Shown here one piece after another: positions 1 through 14,358 of a stretch of 64,000 nt of DNA. Both the position numbers and the translations under genes were made by a program. The DNA comes from Paraphysomonas bandaiensis (lineage: Eukaryota; Protista; Chrysophyceae): positions 1-64,000 of the forward strand of contig CBFFRP010000427.1 in NCBI GenBank assembly GCA_965644295.1. The letters run 5' to 3'. The notes beneath the pieces are model-generated. The model ran no database searches. It was not told the DNA's origin and saw only the letters and a list, made by a program, of their open reading frames with translations. Position 1 is the first letter of the stretch; each line of letters begins with the position of its first letter.

Positions 1-729
1 ACTCCAGTACAGAATTAGTTCACTTGTGACGTATGTATTGTTGTCTTCTCGTTGAATATGTGTATCGATGTGTGTAACGTCACAAAATGTTTCACAGTTG
101 TCCAGGAGACCTTTAACTGAGAGTAAATAAGTAAACCTATTATTATGGTCTTGTTAACAAGTTACCAGTACAACGATAACTTTAATTCATAAAGAATGTA
201 ATATCTAGATATATGGTGGTGTGTACATGATAATGACTGCGTGCTTAAATCCTATTGTTGCTTCAATAAAACACTCCTTTAACTTTCGATTGAATAAGCA
301 ACTTGGCATTTATAAACATGGGGAGAAGTACGATTTAATCATAACCTTGAGATAAAGAGTCGGTCTATTAATTTACGCTTTAGTTATGCAATATTGACTG
401 ATTGATATTATAGGAGATATAGTAAGTTTATGATGTTGTAGCCCTGTGAGTTAGGAACCACGTCATTCAACAACATCAACATTCTGTTCTACAAATCATA
501 TCTTTAACAGCTACTATATTTTCAGTTTCTCGGTATACTTGTAATAGCTACTCCTATACTGTAGTCACGTATATTCGTATTTCATTGCTACATAGAATAC
601 AGGATAACTACTAGCGATTGACTTTACCAAACTTCAAAGTACGCACGTATATGGAGTTTATTGTAGTTCAATACGGTCTTATCACCCCGTTTCAAAATAT
701 AGAGCGAGGATGATATATCATCCTCGTCG

Positions 730-890
730 TGAATGTCTTATTTTTAGCAACAGGGAGTACGAGTCAGAACTAATGTAGCAACACAATTTAAAATTTAACT
801 AACTAGTGCTTAATTCTGATATCCTACAATTTAACGATACGAAAGCTGCTTGTGCGTTACCGCAAACACCAAGGTGCAACCACTTCCGCA
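730..890 (+). mobile_element. Unclassified dispersed element (family X), 5' fragment
   Basis: Starts TGAATGTCTTATTTTTAGC and contains GCTGCTTGTGCGTTACCGCAA..CACCAAGGTGCAACCACTT, shared with copies at 14.6, 19.7, 37.1 and 42.7 kb. Confidence 0.8.
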
Positions 891-2047
891 GTGATATATC
901 GTGCTTATAGCATATAGTTTAATATATCTATATCCGAAATCCCCATATTTTTCCCTAAAATATATTTGAAAACTAAATTGCATTCAACAGAGCAGTCATG
1001 TTAGCATTGGAAAAATATACACATCCAACTTCAATATTTAGTTTAGAGAAGTAACTATATTATAATATTAATTTTAAGTGACTTTATTATTATATTCCAT
1101 AGTTTGAGGGAAGGTGATATGATGATTAATATTTTAAAAAGTCGTCTGATGAGTAAGACAAAGGGATACAACTTCTCAATCAGCACATCACTTGTCAATA
1201 GTATTTTAGACAATAAGTTCTGTGATTTTAGTTAGAAAAAATGCGTCTGCTGTCTCAACGTTTAAAGTCTGATGCGTAAATTTTGATTTATAGAATAAGA
1301 TAATTATAAAGCAGATAAAAGAATATTCAATAAAACGAAAAGAATTTAAATTATGGGAAGCTGAAGCTCTTTTTTAAATGGCTGTTTGGCAGAGATATTA
1401 TTGCATTACAACATAATATTCTTATCTGACCTTTTCATTATAATTGTAGTAATGGGGCCACAGGAGATTAGATACAACAGAACAGAGGGAAATATAGAGG
1501 TGCAATCACACCTTCGAGCATTCAGCTGGCGAGTTCAACTTCTTACAAATCTGACGCTGAAGGCAATTAGGAGCAGTACAACTCGTTCCTATATCAGGTT
1601 TTGGTCACGTCGAGTTTTTGTCAGGATTACTGCTCGAGAAGTTTTTTGTTGAGCGTGCCTCGTAGCCTTTGAGTCTCACAGCAACAAATTCATAGGTTTT
1701 CATGTCCCTTTTATGCGGAACAACAAAATGTAAACGTGGATCTAAGACATAACTCTACAAAGGATTATTTTATTTATAAATCCATTCAGAGAAAGGTTAA
1801 AGTGTCCGAGTCAGTTGCACTGTCCCTAAGGGGTTATGCATCTCATTTCTTAAATCTTAAAGTGTGATTATGATGATGCATATGTCAACAAGAAGTCTTG
1901 TGCGACTAGGAGTTTGTATATTCATGGAACCGTCAGTTGCACGAACATATCATTTTGCGGAATATGGGTAGAGTTGTTGTGACAGTTATTAAGGTTTTAG
2001 AATTTATTATTTTGACCAAATGTAGCACAGTTATGTATATACATTGA

Positions 2048-2098
2048 TTTCTCCGGGGTAACTAACGTGAGCCGCATATAGAGATATATAGTCAGCAG
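2048..2098 (-). mobile_element. Family X small fragment, inverted
   Basis: TTCTCCGGG..AACTAACGTGAGCCGCATAT..TAGTCAGCAG matches 42755-42797 and the reverse complement of ~54591-54635. Confidence 0.7.
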
Positions 2099-2460
2099 GC
2101 AATTTGTCTTTTGACTTCTAACAGTATCATCAGTCTGGCAGGTAGCATAGTTTCATGATTTCCTGAATGAAAAATAATGGGGTTATCTAATTAATCGCCA
2201 AATTTTGTTGTTATCGTAGTCATAACGGTCATCACTATCATTGAGAAAATTGAACAATAAACTGAAGAATTACTTTATTTTTATAAATGACAGAATATCT
2301 CAATAATCAATAATTCAGAAATTATCTAATTAGGTCGTGTTTCAATGAATGAAAATACTTTTTACTTATGAAATCGTAATTCCACGACAGCAACTTTAGA
2401 AGGCAAGAACCACCATGTGATATCAAACTTTAGAAGCATGTAGGTAAAACTCAAAAAGAG

Positions 2461-5400
2461 TTATAGAGGCATGCTCAAAAAAGCTATATTTTCTGCGCGT
2501 TTCTTCCGGTTGAAGTGATGAAAACGAAGCAACAGTATGTCCAGGGGTGGCATCGCTTTGTAGGAGGTCCACTTGAATGCTAATAGGCCCTCGACACCAA
2601 CTGGTCCACGTGGACTGGTTCTGTTTGTTGACACTCCGACCTCAGCTCCCAAGCCAAAGCTATTCAGAAGTATTGTAAGCTCTAATAAGGGTGATTGAAC
2701 ATGACACATACCGCCATTAGCCGTCAGAGAAACGAGGTTGAGAGCATTGTGAAAAACACATGCACTGTCAACTTCTCCTATGGAAGCCGGATCTGCTAGA
2801 TCCTTATTCTCCGTTACGATGCACTCCGTATGGGCACTACGCATGGTTGTTGAAGAAGTCCATTCATATCATGCACACAAAAGACCTTCCGTATTTGTGA
2901 ATGTGACGAATAGCATCATCAGCAGAGTCAACAGCCTCCCAACGATATAACCAGAGTCGCCGTACTCACTGCTAAAATCCTCCACCCTGCTAGTGGTGAG
3001 ACCAGAGACTCATCGCCACCTCTCCTCTGCATATATATTACAACAATAGTCTATGTAATTAACCGACTGCAATCACCCTAACACTTCCACTCCAGCATCT
3101 TTTAGGCCCTTAATAACAGCGGCAGCTACCCCATTATCCAGAGTTTTTCGGTGTAAAAGAACCGTCTCAGCAGCATTACAGGCTGTGCCTCATTTACCAA
3201 CATGGAAACATCGTCAAAGCATAAGTATTTACCTGAAGGATAATCCACCTTGGAGTCCACAGTAACAGAAACTGCTGTGTCCATATTGGCAGCCTCGTCA
3301 ATGTAAACGTGACAAATACCCTCTGCATGCCCCATCACTGGAATGCGGGTGTTGTCCTAACAGCAAATACTATTAACAAGAAGAGGTAATATTGCATAAA
3401 GCAACCTTGATATATCGGACCAAGCTCGCTGACCCTCGCGGGATAACGAGGTCGATCACATCATCCTGCTTCAACAAAGGAGGAATGTCTGATCGAGATG
3501 TGACAAGACCGACCAAGCTGCCCGGCACCTCGCCACCAGAGGCTTCGGTAATTGCACGGGTCACGATAGAGTGGAGAATTTCATTGCTCTTCTCTGCTTC
3601 TCTCCCGCCTGTATACAACGCGATTGGTACAAACTAGAGTAAACGGCCATGCAGACTCACCTTTAAGAACTAAACCGTTCCCGGACCTAATAGCACATGC
3701 AGCGATTTGAGGAAGGCAGTCCGGTCTGGACTCGAATATGATTAACAAAACACCTATGTGGAAAGTAAACACTAGTGTAGAGTAATAGTACTTTGGCGTT
3801 ACCGACAGGGCAGGAGATTTTGTTGAGAATCAAACCGTCTGATACACAAGTGCGAGACAGAACCTTTTTAAGAAAAATTATAATAATCCGAGCAACTCAT
3901 TGTAGTCAACACAGTACCTTTCCAAGAGGCTCGCCTTGCTGCGATATGGATCGAATACCATCCACCAAGGCATCTAATTTCTGCTGAGTGAGCTTTAGTC
4001 TCTTCAACATTTGCTTATTTAGCCCCCTACACACACCATTACATACGATAAAGCCAGTAGCATGTGGCGCTTACTCTGACTCAGCGGTGTCAAGGTCCTC
4101 CTTATTAGCTGCTAGAATTTCTTCGCGATTTTCATCGATTTTCTTGGCGACTACAAGCAGCCAGATATAATTATATCACAACCAAAACACAGAGCCTATC
4201 ACTCACTTTCTAGCAGAATACGATCACGAGTGGCAGAGTCAGCCTTCTGTAGGGCCCGGCTACCTTCCCTGGCACCTGCCGCAATAACTCTTGCTTGGTC
4301 ACCCACGTCCTTTAGACGGGCCTCCTCCGGGGTCAAATCAGCATCACCATTCATTACCATAACATCCTCAGTGACTTCCTCTTCTTGAGTGCTGTTTAAA
4401 CCACTGCTCAGCAAAGATAAAGTATTCTCAACAACTTACCCCAAAAAAAGTGTGCCCCACTTGTCACCTCTTAATATTCTAGGAAGAGTCTCCGGGTGTC
4501 CCCCTGCAGCGATAACCACTGCGGGCACGCCACGATCGATAGCTCTACGACATAGTGAATTTTACTAATCAACAGCGTACCACAAACAGTACTCACTTAA
4601 GAGCAGCGTCTACTTTCGCGCCCATGCCCCCTCGGCCCTGTGCGCTCTTATCTCCTACTTCGAAACCAGTTTTGTGGGTATAAGTGCTAATAATGCGTGC
4701 CTTAGGGTGGGAAGGAGGTCGGTCAAACACACCCTCCACGTCGGTCAACAGGACAAGCAGCTGCATCATGATTCACAATGAGCACATAAACAATAGCTAA
4801 CTAATGTCTTACATGGGCATTCATCCCACCAGCAACCAAAGACGCCAACGAATCATTGTCGGAGAAAGTATTACCAAACAGCTCATGCCTAGTACACAAG
4901 AGGGTGGGCAAGTTGCAAGGCTGATCTTTGGCATTAACGCACCCTTGATTGGCTGAGACCGCATCGTTCTCATTCAGCAGCGGCACGATTCCTAGTCGAA
5001 GAAGCTGTTCTACGACATTCTGTAGACATAATTTAAAAATAACACTTCAAATTAGCAGTATACGGGACATGAATTGGACCTGGATGTTCTGACAGCGTTC
5101 GGGAGAAGCGAAGTCAAAGCAAGTTAGAACCAGCTGAGAAGTGCGAATATCGTGCTGATCGAACATAGTCGAATACAGGGACATGAGTCCGAGCTGACCA
5201 GCAGCTGCACAAGCTGCATTGTAGGACTTAGGACCAAGCATATCGACTTCCCCTTCGCTGTTAAGAGTCACTTGACTAGATTTGAAAACAAGTGAGATCT
5301 CTATTAGATCTTCAGTATCATGTAAACTCACCCAGTGTAAGCCCCATACTCATCCTGATGTCTAAGCTTCTGCTTGCCCACACCAACGGCTCCAGAAGTA

Positions 5401-5684
5401 ACAATGATGACTTGTTTTCCAGCACGAACCAAATCTGCGGCCTGTTATGATGGGGTTGGGTTACACATAAATATGCAGAGGGGAGCTGGAGAAAACTACA
5501 TGTTCAACAATATTAGCAATTCTGGGGAGGGATGGGTATCCCAGAGGAGTGGAAACAATGCTCGTTCCAGCCTTTATTACTGTATCGAACTGGCAGTTAT
5601 AGACATATGAAGACATATATATTAATTACCGATTCTATTCGCACGAGAGATATCCTTCCTGGATGTGATCTTAACTTCTTCCAT
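2461..5684 (-). CDS. P5CS: Bifunctional delta-1-pyrroline-5-carboxylate synthase (glutamate 5-kinase + gamma-glutamyl phosphate reductase), multi-exon, with apparent indels in the 3' half
   Basis: Exons encode [23 protein letters not shown] and DNDSLA (G5K), then [43 protein letters not shown] and [20 protein letters not shown] (GPR). ATG at 5684 (MEEVKITSR). The 3' end is approximate. Confidence 0.93.
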
Positions 5685-6292
5685 TTCTTTATGTAAGTAA
5701 ACAATACTATCTTTAAGTAGAGTGGTTATTCGAGACTAACTCTTAGGTGAGTATAATAATTAATGAACGAGGTGTTTGATAAACTCTTCAGGGAAATAGA
5801 ATTCCAAACTTATTCGCATATCTAACCCCGAGAATAATGTATAGAAAATACACCTATCATTTTTTAATGCCACGTTGTCAGCTCCCACAACCACTCACCA
5901 CTTTAATATTCGGAACGAATCAACTTTGAGACGAATTATTTTGACCAATCAGCAGGTAGTATATAAAAAGCTGCTGGAATTATTCGATGAATCTATAAGG
6001 ACATGGACACAACGTCACACCCACAAACATATGTTTGCTTCAAGTAGCTGAATCCCATGCATAAAATACAATTACGTAGAATGTAGCAGCAGCAGCAGGG
6101 ACAGCAGCAGCCATGTAGGCACAAATAGCTACAGTATACCGGGACAGACACAAACAGCAGCAGAGGAGCAGCAAGGAATGATCATGAAAAGATACCGATA
6201 TTTGTTAGTAATCATTAGATTGAGCAACCGTAATATGATATCATTATCATCTCTATCATTCATGTGAGCCAATAGCGCTGATGATCATCATC

Positions 6293-8155
<1,863 letters not shown>

Positions 8156-8903
8156 GTGTGCTACTGTGTTAATGAAAAGAGTAAAGAATTATGTGGATCG
8201 CTCTGAAAAAGTAGGTGACTGCTTTATATTCAACGTCGGTGATATAGTGAGAAATATTCGTGCAGTTATCCACAGTGACACTAAATCCGATAAATCAGAA
8301 CTCAAGTACTTGCTAGTGCTATTCCCTTAATAAAAAGTTTCCGAATTTCCTCACCTGAAAATTTCTCGTCCGTGGAGCACGTAGATTAGTGACAGAAGAA
8401 TAAAAGCACACAACGTATTGCGGTATAACACAATGTCATGTACATCCTATTGTATCAGAAAGTGGAAATTCCATCAGGAAAATGGAAAGTATCAATATTA
8501 TACTCTTTACCAATTTTGAATTTTATTAATCTTGTGTGTCGCGTCAATTAATGATGTCACACATGCTCCACATTATTTCAGCTCACGACACTCTTTTATT
8601 CCAGAATCTGAATACTCAGTTATTACTAAACTAATACAGTCGAATAGTTTGTCAACTTGAACAGACATTTAAAAATACTATCTGCCATCAAAGTAAATCT
8701 ATGATTGGGTGGTCAGTACTTGGTAGTCATCACTTCATACTACCTTTCTATAAATAAAGTGCTCTAATCACGCCAAATTAAACTACATCTAAGTACTAAA
8801 TATGAAGACGTCTATTCAGTTCAGTCGATAGGTAATGTTGTAAGGCTCTTTGGTATGAAAAAACGGGGAAATGCTTTTTATAGGTATATTTCTTTACTAT
8901 CTT

Positions 8904-9196
8904 TATTAGAATATGGACTGTATCCTAGTATATTCAATGTGGTACTTGAAGACAATGTACGAGAATACAGTGAAGTATGGTGATGTGTAGATGCTGTTAT
9001 GATATTGAGAAAACTGAAATAGTTTGCTCTTTCAAGATATGTTTAGTAGCGAAAGGTCTACAGAAGTAGTGATTTATGCATGGCACAAAACGAGCTTGTG
9101 TTGTTTAACACAATTCGTGTAAACGATATTAATAAATCTATCTAGTCTAACAACTTAATCTCTCTTTGATCGAAGTAAAATGAGCATTTCCCAACA
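8904..9196 (+). repeat. copia-1 5' LTR
   Basis: TATTAGAATA...CCCAACA, direct repeat of 14066-14358. Confidence 0.97.
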
Positions 9197-12100
9197 TGGT
9201 AGCGAGCGAGGAGGAGAGAAGGAGGATAGAGGAGTAGTTCCTCAGTTCAACGAGACTAACGTTGAACAATGGATTGAGGACTTCGAGACATTCCTTATGA
9301 GGAAGGAACAAAGCGAGGTAGCGGTGGAACTGCCACCTAAGGAGAGCGACTTCGGGGAGCAGCCACTTACGTTGATGGAGGAGAAGGCGTACAGACAGGC
9401 TGTGAAGAGGTATTGGAAGGCGAACGCCATAGCTTATTCTTACTGCAGGGATGCGGTGCAGCATTCCCCGAAAGCGCTGCGTAAATTCCATCTTACCCAC
9501 AAAGCGTTCAAGGCAGAAGGGAGTGGTGTAAACAGGTTCAAAACACATGTAATGATTGATGAGTTGAAGAAGTGTTTTGCTGGAGGGAAGCAAAATAGGA
9601 TCAGTGACCTCTTAACTCAATATGGTTCTTTCCGTATGCGTCCGGAGGAGACGGCGAAGGACTACGTACTACGGTTCGAACTACTGCTGAAGGAACTACA
9701 GGAGCAGCAGCAGGATATCTCGGAGGTATCAAAAACAAGTCGACTACGAGAAGGCTTGCTCAATGAAGAGTATGCTCAACTGAGAGTTGGATTATACTTG
9801 ATGGATGATGATGTTAATTATGTAACTGTATCACGTAAGATAGAAGGCTATGATGATACTATGGCTGGGAAGGAAGCGTTGGAGAAGAAGCGTAAAAGAG
9901 TGGAGGAGCTGAACCTGATAGACAGTAAGAAACGATATCGCAGAGAGAGGGATCATCGTAAGAAGAACAACGGTAAGAAGAAGCCGATGAAGAAGGATAC
10001 AGAGATTACAGGGCAGCGACCTGGAAGTGCCGAATATACTGGGTGCAGAAATTGTAAGTCAAAGGAACATCTTGCCATCGATTGTCCAGCATCGAAAAAG
10101 AAGTACTCGCAAAGCAAGAGCAAGGCTGTGAGGTTTCAAGATGGAAGGAAACCAGACAAAAGACTACTTACAGTTGAAAACATCAGGCGTGGAGAGCCAG
10201 CGGATTTGTCTGACGATGACGAAGCAAATATGATCGAGCAACAGGAAGAGTATCACTTGTCATGTAATGTGTATGAGACGAATATATGCAGTAGTGTGCA
10301 TGAGGATATTCACTATACATACATTGATACCTGTTGTTCGTCATCAATGTTTTTGATAAATGATGTGAATATACTTGATAGTCATATGCACACATCAAAG
10401 GTTATTAATGGTTCGAAAAAAGGGTCAGAGATATGCGTCACGAGTGTAGGTTCCCGTGGAGCATGGAAGAACATTGAGGTATCAAGTCAGATAAATCGGT
10501 GTCTTTGTTCTGGACGGAAGTTGAACGATATGGGATATCGATTTACTGTATGGTATGGTATACAGATATATGACAGAAATACGGATGAGCTGGTGTTGGA
10601 GGGACCTATGAAGAATGGAATGACTGCTGTGCCAACACAGCAGTTATTGGAGCTTCCAGACGTATCGACATCCAGTGATTCAGAAGTAAATCTCAGTGAC
10701 CGTACGGGTGAGGATGAACTGGAGCTGTTACATAGGAGAGCGGGTCATTTTAACAAGCATGCGTTGGTAGAAGCCCACAAAAGAATGCTAATTATTGGGA
10801 CTGGACTGAAACGAAAACATCTCTCGAAACGTGTTTCCAAAGAACAGTGTCTATGTGATGTATGCGCCAGGGCGAAGATCACCAGAGTAAGTTTTCGGAC
10901 AAAGGATGAGGACTCCGTTCGTCCAAATTTCTCGGCCGATGTAGCAGTATACTTAAATTGTCCAGCTCGAGGAGGGGAAATATATGTGCTCAAACTAACA
11001 CACCATGCCAGTCGGATGTTCTGGTCGGAAGGGCTTGTTCATAGGACTGGGTCATCGGTACTGCAGGTTTTCAAGAAGATTTTTGAAGGAGATGTGAAAA
11101 GGTACAAATTAGAAATGCATCATTACCATGCAGATGGAGCAGGGGAGCTAATATGTGATGAGCTGCGACAATATCTTAGGTCACAGGGTTGCTATCAACA
11201 TACGTGGAGCTCTACGGACTCTCCTGAGATGAACGCGATTGAGGAGCGGAAATTCAGGACCTGTGGTGAGATGACATTAGCGATGCTGATTCAGTCAGGA
11301 TTGCCTTCACAGTTTTGGCTAGATGCCTACATGGCAGCCAGGTACATATTAATTCGATTGCCTACAAAGACAGCGAAGGGGTATATGTCCCCTCTTGAAT
11401 TTTTGACTGGTGAGGCTCCCAACCTGAAATATCTCAGAGTATGGGGGTGTCGTGCGTATGTCCTCACTACAAAGGCGGATCGACGGAAAGACTGGGACGA
11501 CAAGGCCCTTATCGGATATCTGATAGGATATTCAGATGAAAAGGTAGGATATGATGTATATCTACCTGCGACTGATAGGGTCGTCACGTCGGTACATGTA
11601 TTAACTGATGAGTCCATACCGTCACGCTCGGAGAGCTATTTCGCTGAGATAGATGCTCTTCGAGTGAAGGAGGCCGAGAGACCGAAGATTGTGTCTGACT
11701 ATGCGGGCTTAGAAGGTACATATCATATTGATGATGAGGATGGTCTTCTCTACAAGACCACGAGAGTAGTAGAACGAAAGGGGGTAATAGTAGCCTATCG
11801 ATCTCTGGTAACTGCAGGTCGGAAGCATATCGAGCACCGGGTGCCGATTCACGTCGAGGACGTAGTGCGAATGACTGCAGAAACTCCCGGGAATACCGGA
11901 TATATAGGAAAGGGGGACGCCCTGAGTACTATGCCAGCCAGGGTGCTGGACCAGGGAAGACCTGGAGGGTTACAGGAGAGTCCTGACCCAACCTGTCAGG
12001 AGACAGCTGTGAGGTTGCAGACCTCTGAAGACTATGAGTCTGGGGTTGTGAGCGGGGCTCCTCCCACAACGCACGATGTGCGTGCTCAGGATGAGCAAGG

Positions 12101-13892
12101 TACGGGTTCTTATATACCTCGTCGACCGATTGAACTAGATGGTGATGGTCGGGTCCGACGCAAACGGCTGCAGCGGAGACTGGCAAACGCGTCAGTTTTA
12201 GGAGAGATTAATATGGTTGAAGTACCGGATGCGCATAATATTGATCTTAACCATGCAGAGACAGAAGATATCAAGATACCAAATTCATATGCCGAGGCAG
12301 AGAGATCTCCACAGTATCAACAATGGAGAAAAGCTCGAATGGTGGAGAAGACATCATTGCTGAAAAGACGTGTCTTGAAGATCGTGAAAATTCCAAGCGG
12401 AGTGAAATTAGTTAGAGCGAAATATGTGCATACGGTGAAGCGAGACATACTAGGGAATATAGTAAAGTACAAGGCTCGGCTAGTGGCATTAGGAAATCTC
12501 CAAGAGAAGAAGGAGGAGGAGCCGTCCACTTTCGCTCCAGTGGTTAAGGGTATAACCATTAGACTAGTGTTAGCGATTGCGTTTATGTTACAGATGCATG
12601 TGCATCAAATAGATGTATCATCCGCATTTTGCTATGCAGATCTGGAGGATGACGTTTATATGGCACCTCCACCAGATGAGGAATTACTAGCTGGATGGTG
12701 TTTTCAACTAATCAAGGCATTGTATGGACTGCGATCTTCACCGCGACAGTGGAATAAACATATTGACAAGTTTATTAAATCATTGCATTTTACTCCGTGT
12801 ATTTTGGATACGTGTTTGTATATGCGATGGAGTAACGGAAAACTGCATTTATTATTGATATATGTTGATGATATCATAATTGCATCCGCTGATCTGACTT
12901 ACTTGGAAAGCGTAAAGCGTAGGTTCTGTGAAACATTCGAGATGCATGATCTGGGAGTGTGTAAGCGATTTCTGAACATCAGGATAACCAGAGGAGAAAA
13001 TTGGTATATGTTAGATCAATCTGAGTATGCTAAGAATATTATCAAGAAATTCAGCTCAGTTATGGGAAAGAGTAGTAAGAATAAGGAGGCCCCACTACCT
13101 ACTAATGTTCAGGATCTGTTGGCAGAGGAACGTGAACTTACGGAGGAGCAGAAGCAGTGGGTTGACTCATTTCCGTATCGGCAAATTATTGGAGCAGTGT
13201 TGTATCTAGCAATGCATACTAGACCTGATCTGGCTTATGCAGTGGGGTTATTGTCTCGATTTAGTAGTTGTCCGACATATGCATCGTGCAAACTGGCGAT
13301 TCACTTATTGAAATATTTGCGTGGAACAATTGATGAGGGCATCAGATTCAGTGGGAGTGAGTTCGACTTACATGTGTTCAGTGATTCAGATTGGGCTGGT
13401 GATAGACTGACTCGGCGATCGACAACAGGATACATTGTGTTCTTATGTGCAGGCGCATTGGCCTGGCAGTCTAAACTACAGACCACAGTTGCAACTTCGA
13501 GCATGGAATCTGAATATATGGCGGAGTATGCGGCTATGCAAGAACTGGTGTGGCTTCGGGGGGTGTTCAAGGAGCTCGGGCTCTTAGTTGCGAAGCCGAC
13601 TCCATTCTTTATGGATAGCAAGAGTGCGAAAGATCTCTCCGAGAATCCTGTGTATCATAAGAGGTCGAAGCATATAGACATCAAGTATCACTGGGTGAGA
13701 GAGCATGTAAATGGAAAATTTCCTACGGCAAAGTTGATTCATGTGTCGACGGATGATATGGCGGCTGATATTTTCACGAAGGCATTGTCAACGAAACTTT
13801 TCAGTCGTCATGAGAAAACTATTACCGGGGTTAAGAGAAGTGTGTCAACCAGAGTTGAGGAGCAGCAGAAGAAGCGACCCCGAAGAGGTTAA
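9180..13892 (+). CDS. Copia Gag-Pol polyprotein (Gag, CCHC knuckle, protease, integrase, RT, RNase H)
   Basis: 1570-aa ORF with CRNCKSKEHLAIDC, YIDTCC, HRRAGH..CDVC, integrase D/D/E (SADVA, HADGA, NAIEERK), KARLVA, YVDD, SDSDWAGD and KHIDIKYH. The order INT-RT-RH is copia-type. Confidence 0.97.
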   Translation: MSISQHGSERGGEKEDRGVVPQFNETNVEQWIEDFETFLMRKEQSEVAVELPPKESDFGEQPLTLMEEKAYRQAVKRYWKANAIAYSYCRDAVQHSPKALRKFHLTHKAFKAEGSGVNRFKTHVMIDELKKCFAGGKQNRISDLLTQYGSFRMRPEETAKDYVLRFELLLKELQEQQQDISEVSKTSRLREGLLNEEYAQLRVGLYLMDDDVNYVTVSRKIEGYDDTMAGKEALEKKRKRVEELNLIDSKKRYRRERDHRKKNNGKKKPMKKDTEITGQRPGSAEYTGCRNCKSKEHLAIDCPASKKKYSQSKSKAVRFQDGRKPDKRLLTVENIRRGEPADLSDDDEANMIEQQEEYHLSCNVYETNICSSVHEDIHYTYIDTCCSSSMFLINDVNILDSHMHTSKVINGSKKGSEICVTSVGSRGAWKNIEVSSQINRCLCSGRKLNDMGYRFTVWYGIQIYDRNTDELVLEGPMKNGMTAVPTQQLLELPDVSTSSDSEVNLSDRTGEDELELLHRRAGHFNKHALVEAHKRMLIIGTGLKRKHLSKRVSKEQCLCDVCARAKITRVSFRTKDEDSVRPNFSADVAVYLNCPARGGEIYVLKLTHHASRMFWSEGLVHRTGSSVLQVFKKIFEGDVKRYKLEMHHYHADGAGELICDELRQYLRSQGCYQHTWSSTDSPEMNAIEERKFRTCGEMTLAMLIQSGLPSQFWLDAYMAARYILIRLPTKTAKGYMSPLEFLTGEAPNLKYLRVWGCRAYVLTTKADRRKDWDDKALIGYLIGYSDEKVGYDVYLPATDRVVTSVHVLTDESIPSRSESYFAEIDALRVKEAERPKIVSDYAGLEGTYHIDDEDGLLYKTTRVVERKGVIVAYRSLVTAGRKHIEHRVPIHVEDVVRMTAETPGNTGYIGKGDALSTMPARVLDQGRPGGLQESPDPTCQETAVRLQTSEDYESGVVSGAPPTTHDVRAQDEQGTGSYIPRRPIELDGDGRVRRKRLQRRLANASVLGEINMVEVPDAHNIDLNHAETEDIKIPNSYAEAERSPQYQQWRKARMVEKTSLLKRRVLKIVKIPSGVKLVRAKYVHTVKRDILGNIVKYKARLVALGNLQEKKEEEPSTFAPVVKGITIRLVLAIAFMLQMHVHQIDVSSAFCYADLEDDVYMAPPPDEELLAGWCFQLIKALYGLRSSPRQWNKHIDKFIKSLHFTPCILDTCLYMRWSNGKLHLLLIYVDDIIIASADLTYLESVKRRFCETFEMHDLGVCKRFLNIRITRGENWYMLDQSEYAKNIIKKFSSVMGKSSKNKEAPLPTNVQDLLAEERELTEEQKQWVDSFPYRQIIGAVLYLAMHTRPDLAYAVGLLSRFSSCPTYASCKLAIHLLKYLRGTIDEGIRFSGSEFDLHVFSDSDWAGDRLTRRSTTGYIVFLCAGALAWQSKLQTTVATSSMESEYMAEYAAMQELVWLRGVFKELGLLVAKPTPFFMDSKSAKDLSENPVYHKRSKHIDIKYHWVREHVNGKFPTAKLIHVSTDDMAADIFTKALSTKLFSRHEKTITGVKRSVSTRVEEQQKKRPRRG
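9197..9208 (+). other. Primer binding site, probably initiator tRNA-Met
   Basis: TGGTAGCGAGCG directly after the LTR. TGG+TA fits a CCA end, A73 and U72 (the A1-U72 pair of initiator tRNAs). Confidence 0.75.
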
Positions 13893-14065
13893 AGGTGTGT
13901 TTTAGTGGGTGAGAATCCCACATAACTATATATCTAGTTGACTGCTAGTTATATATGTATCTTGATAAGATTTCACATCTATTTTACCTATGAGACTAGT
14001 TTATAGCATGAAGATCACTGTACTCATTGTTGTTTCGTATCACTGCATTCTACATTGAGTGGGAG

Positions 14066-14358
14066 TATTAGAATATGGACTGTATCCTAGTATATTCAAT
14101 GTGGTACTTGAAGACAATGTACGAGAATACAGTGAAGTATGGTGATGTGTAGATGCTGTTATGATATTGAGAAAACTGAAATAGTTTGCTCTTTCAAGAT
14201 ATGTTTAGTAGCGAAAGGTCTACAGAAGTAGTGATTTATGCATGGCACAAAACGAGCTTGTGTTGTTTAACACAATTCGTGTAAACGATATTAATAAATC
14301 TATCTAGTCTAACAACTTAATCTCTCTTTGATCGAAGTAAAATGAGCATTTCCCAACA
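14066..14358 (+). repeat. copia-1 3' LTR
   Basis: Direct repeat of 8904-9196, followed by TSD ATCTT. Confidence 0.97.

Larger units (their letters stand above)
8904..14358 (+). mobile_element. Full-length Ty1/copia LTR retrotransposon (copia-1)
   Basis: Two apparently identical 293-bp LTRs, 5-bp TSD ATCTT (8899-8903 and 14359-14363), PBS TGGTAGCGAGCG at 9197, PPT GAGTGGGAG before the 3' LTR, one intact gag-pol ORF. Confidence 0.98.

Noticed and set aside
5940-5970. CCAAT and TATA boxes between P5CS and the GH1 gene
   Set aside because: Plausible but common by chance in AT-rich DNA, and no TSS evidence.
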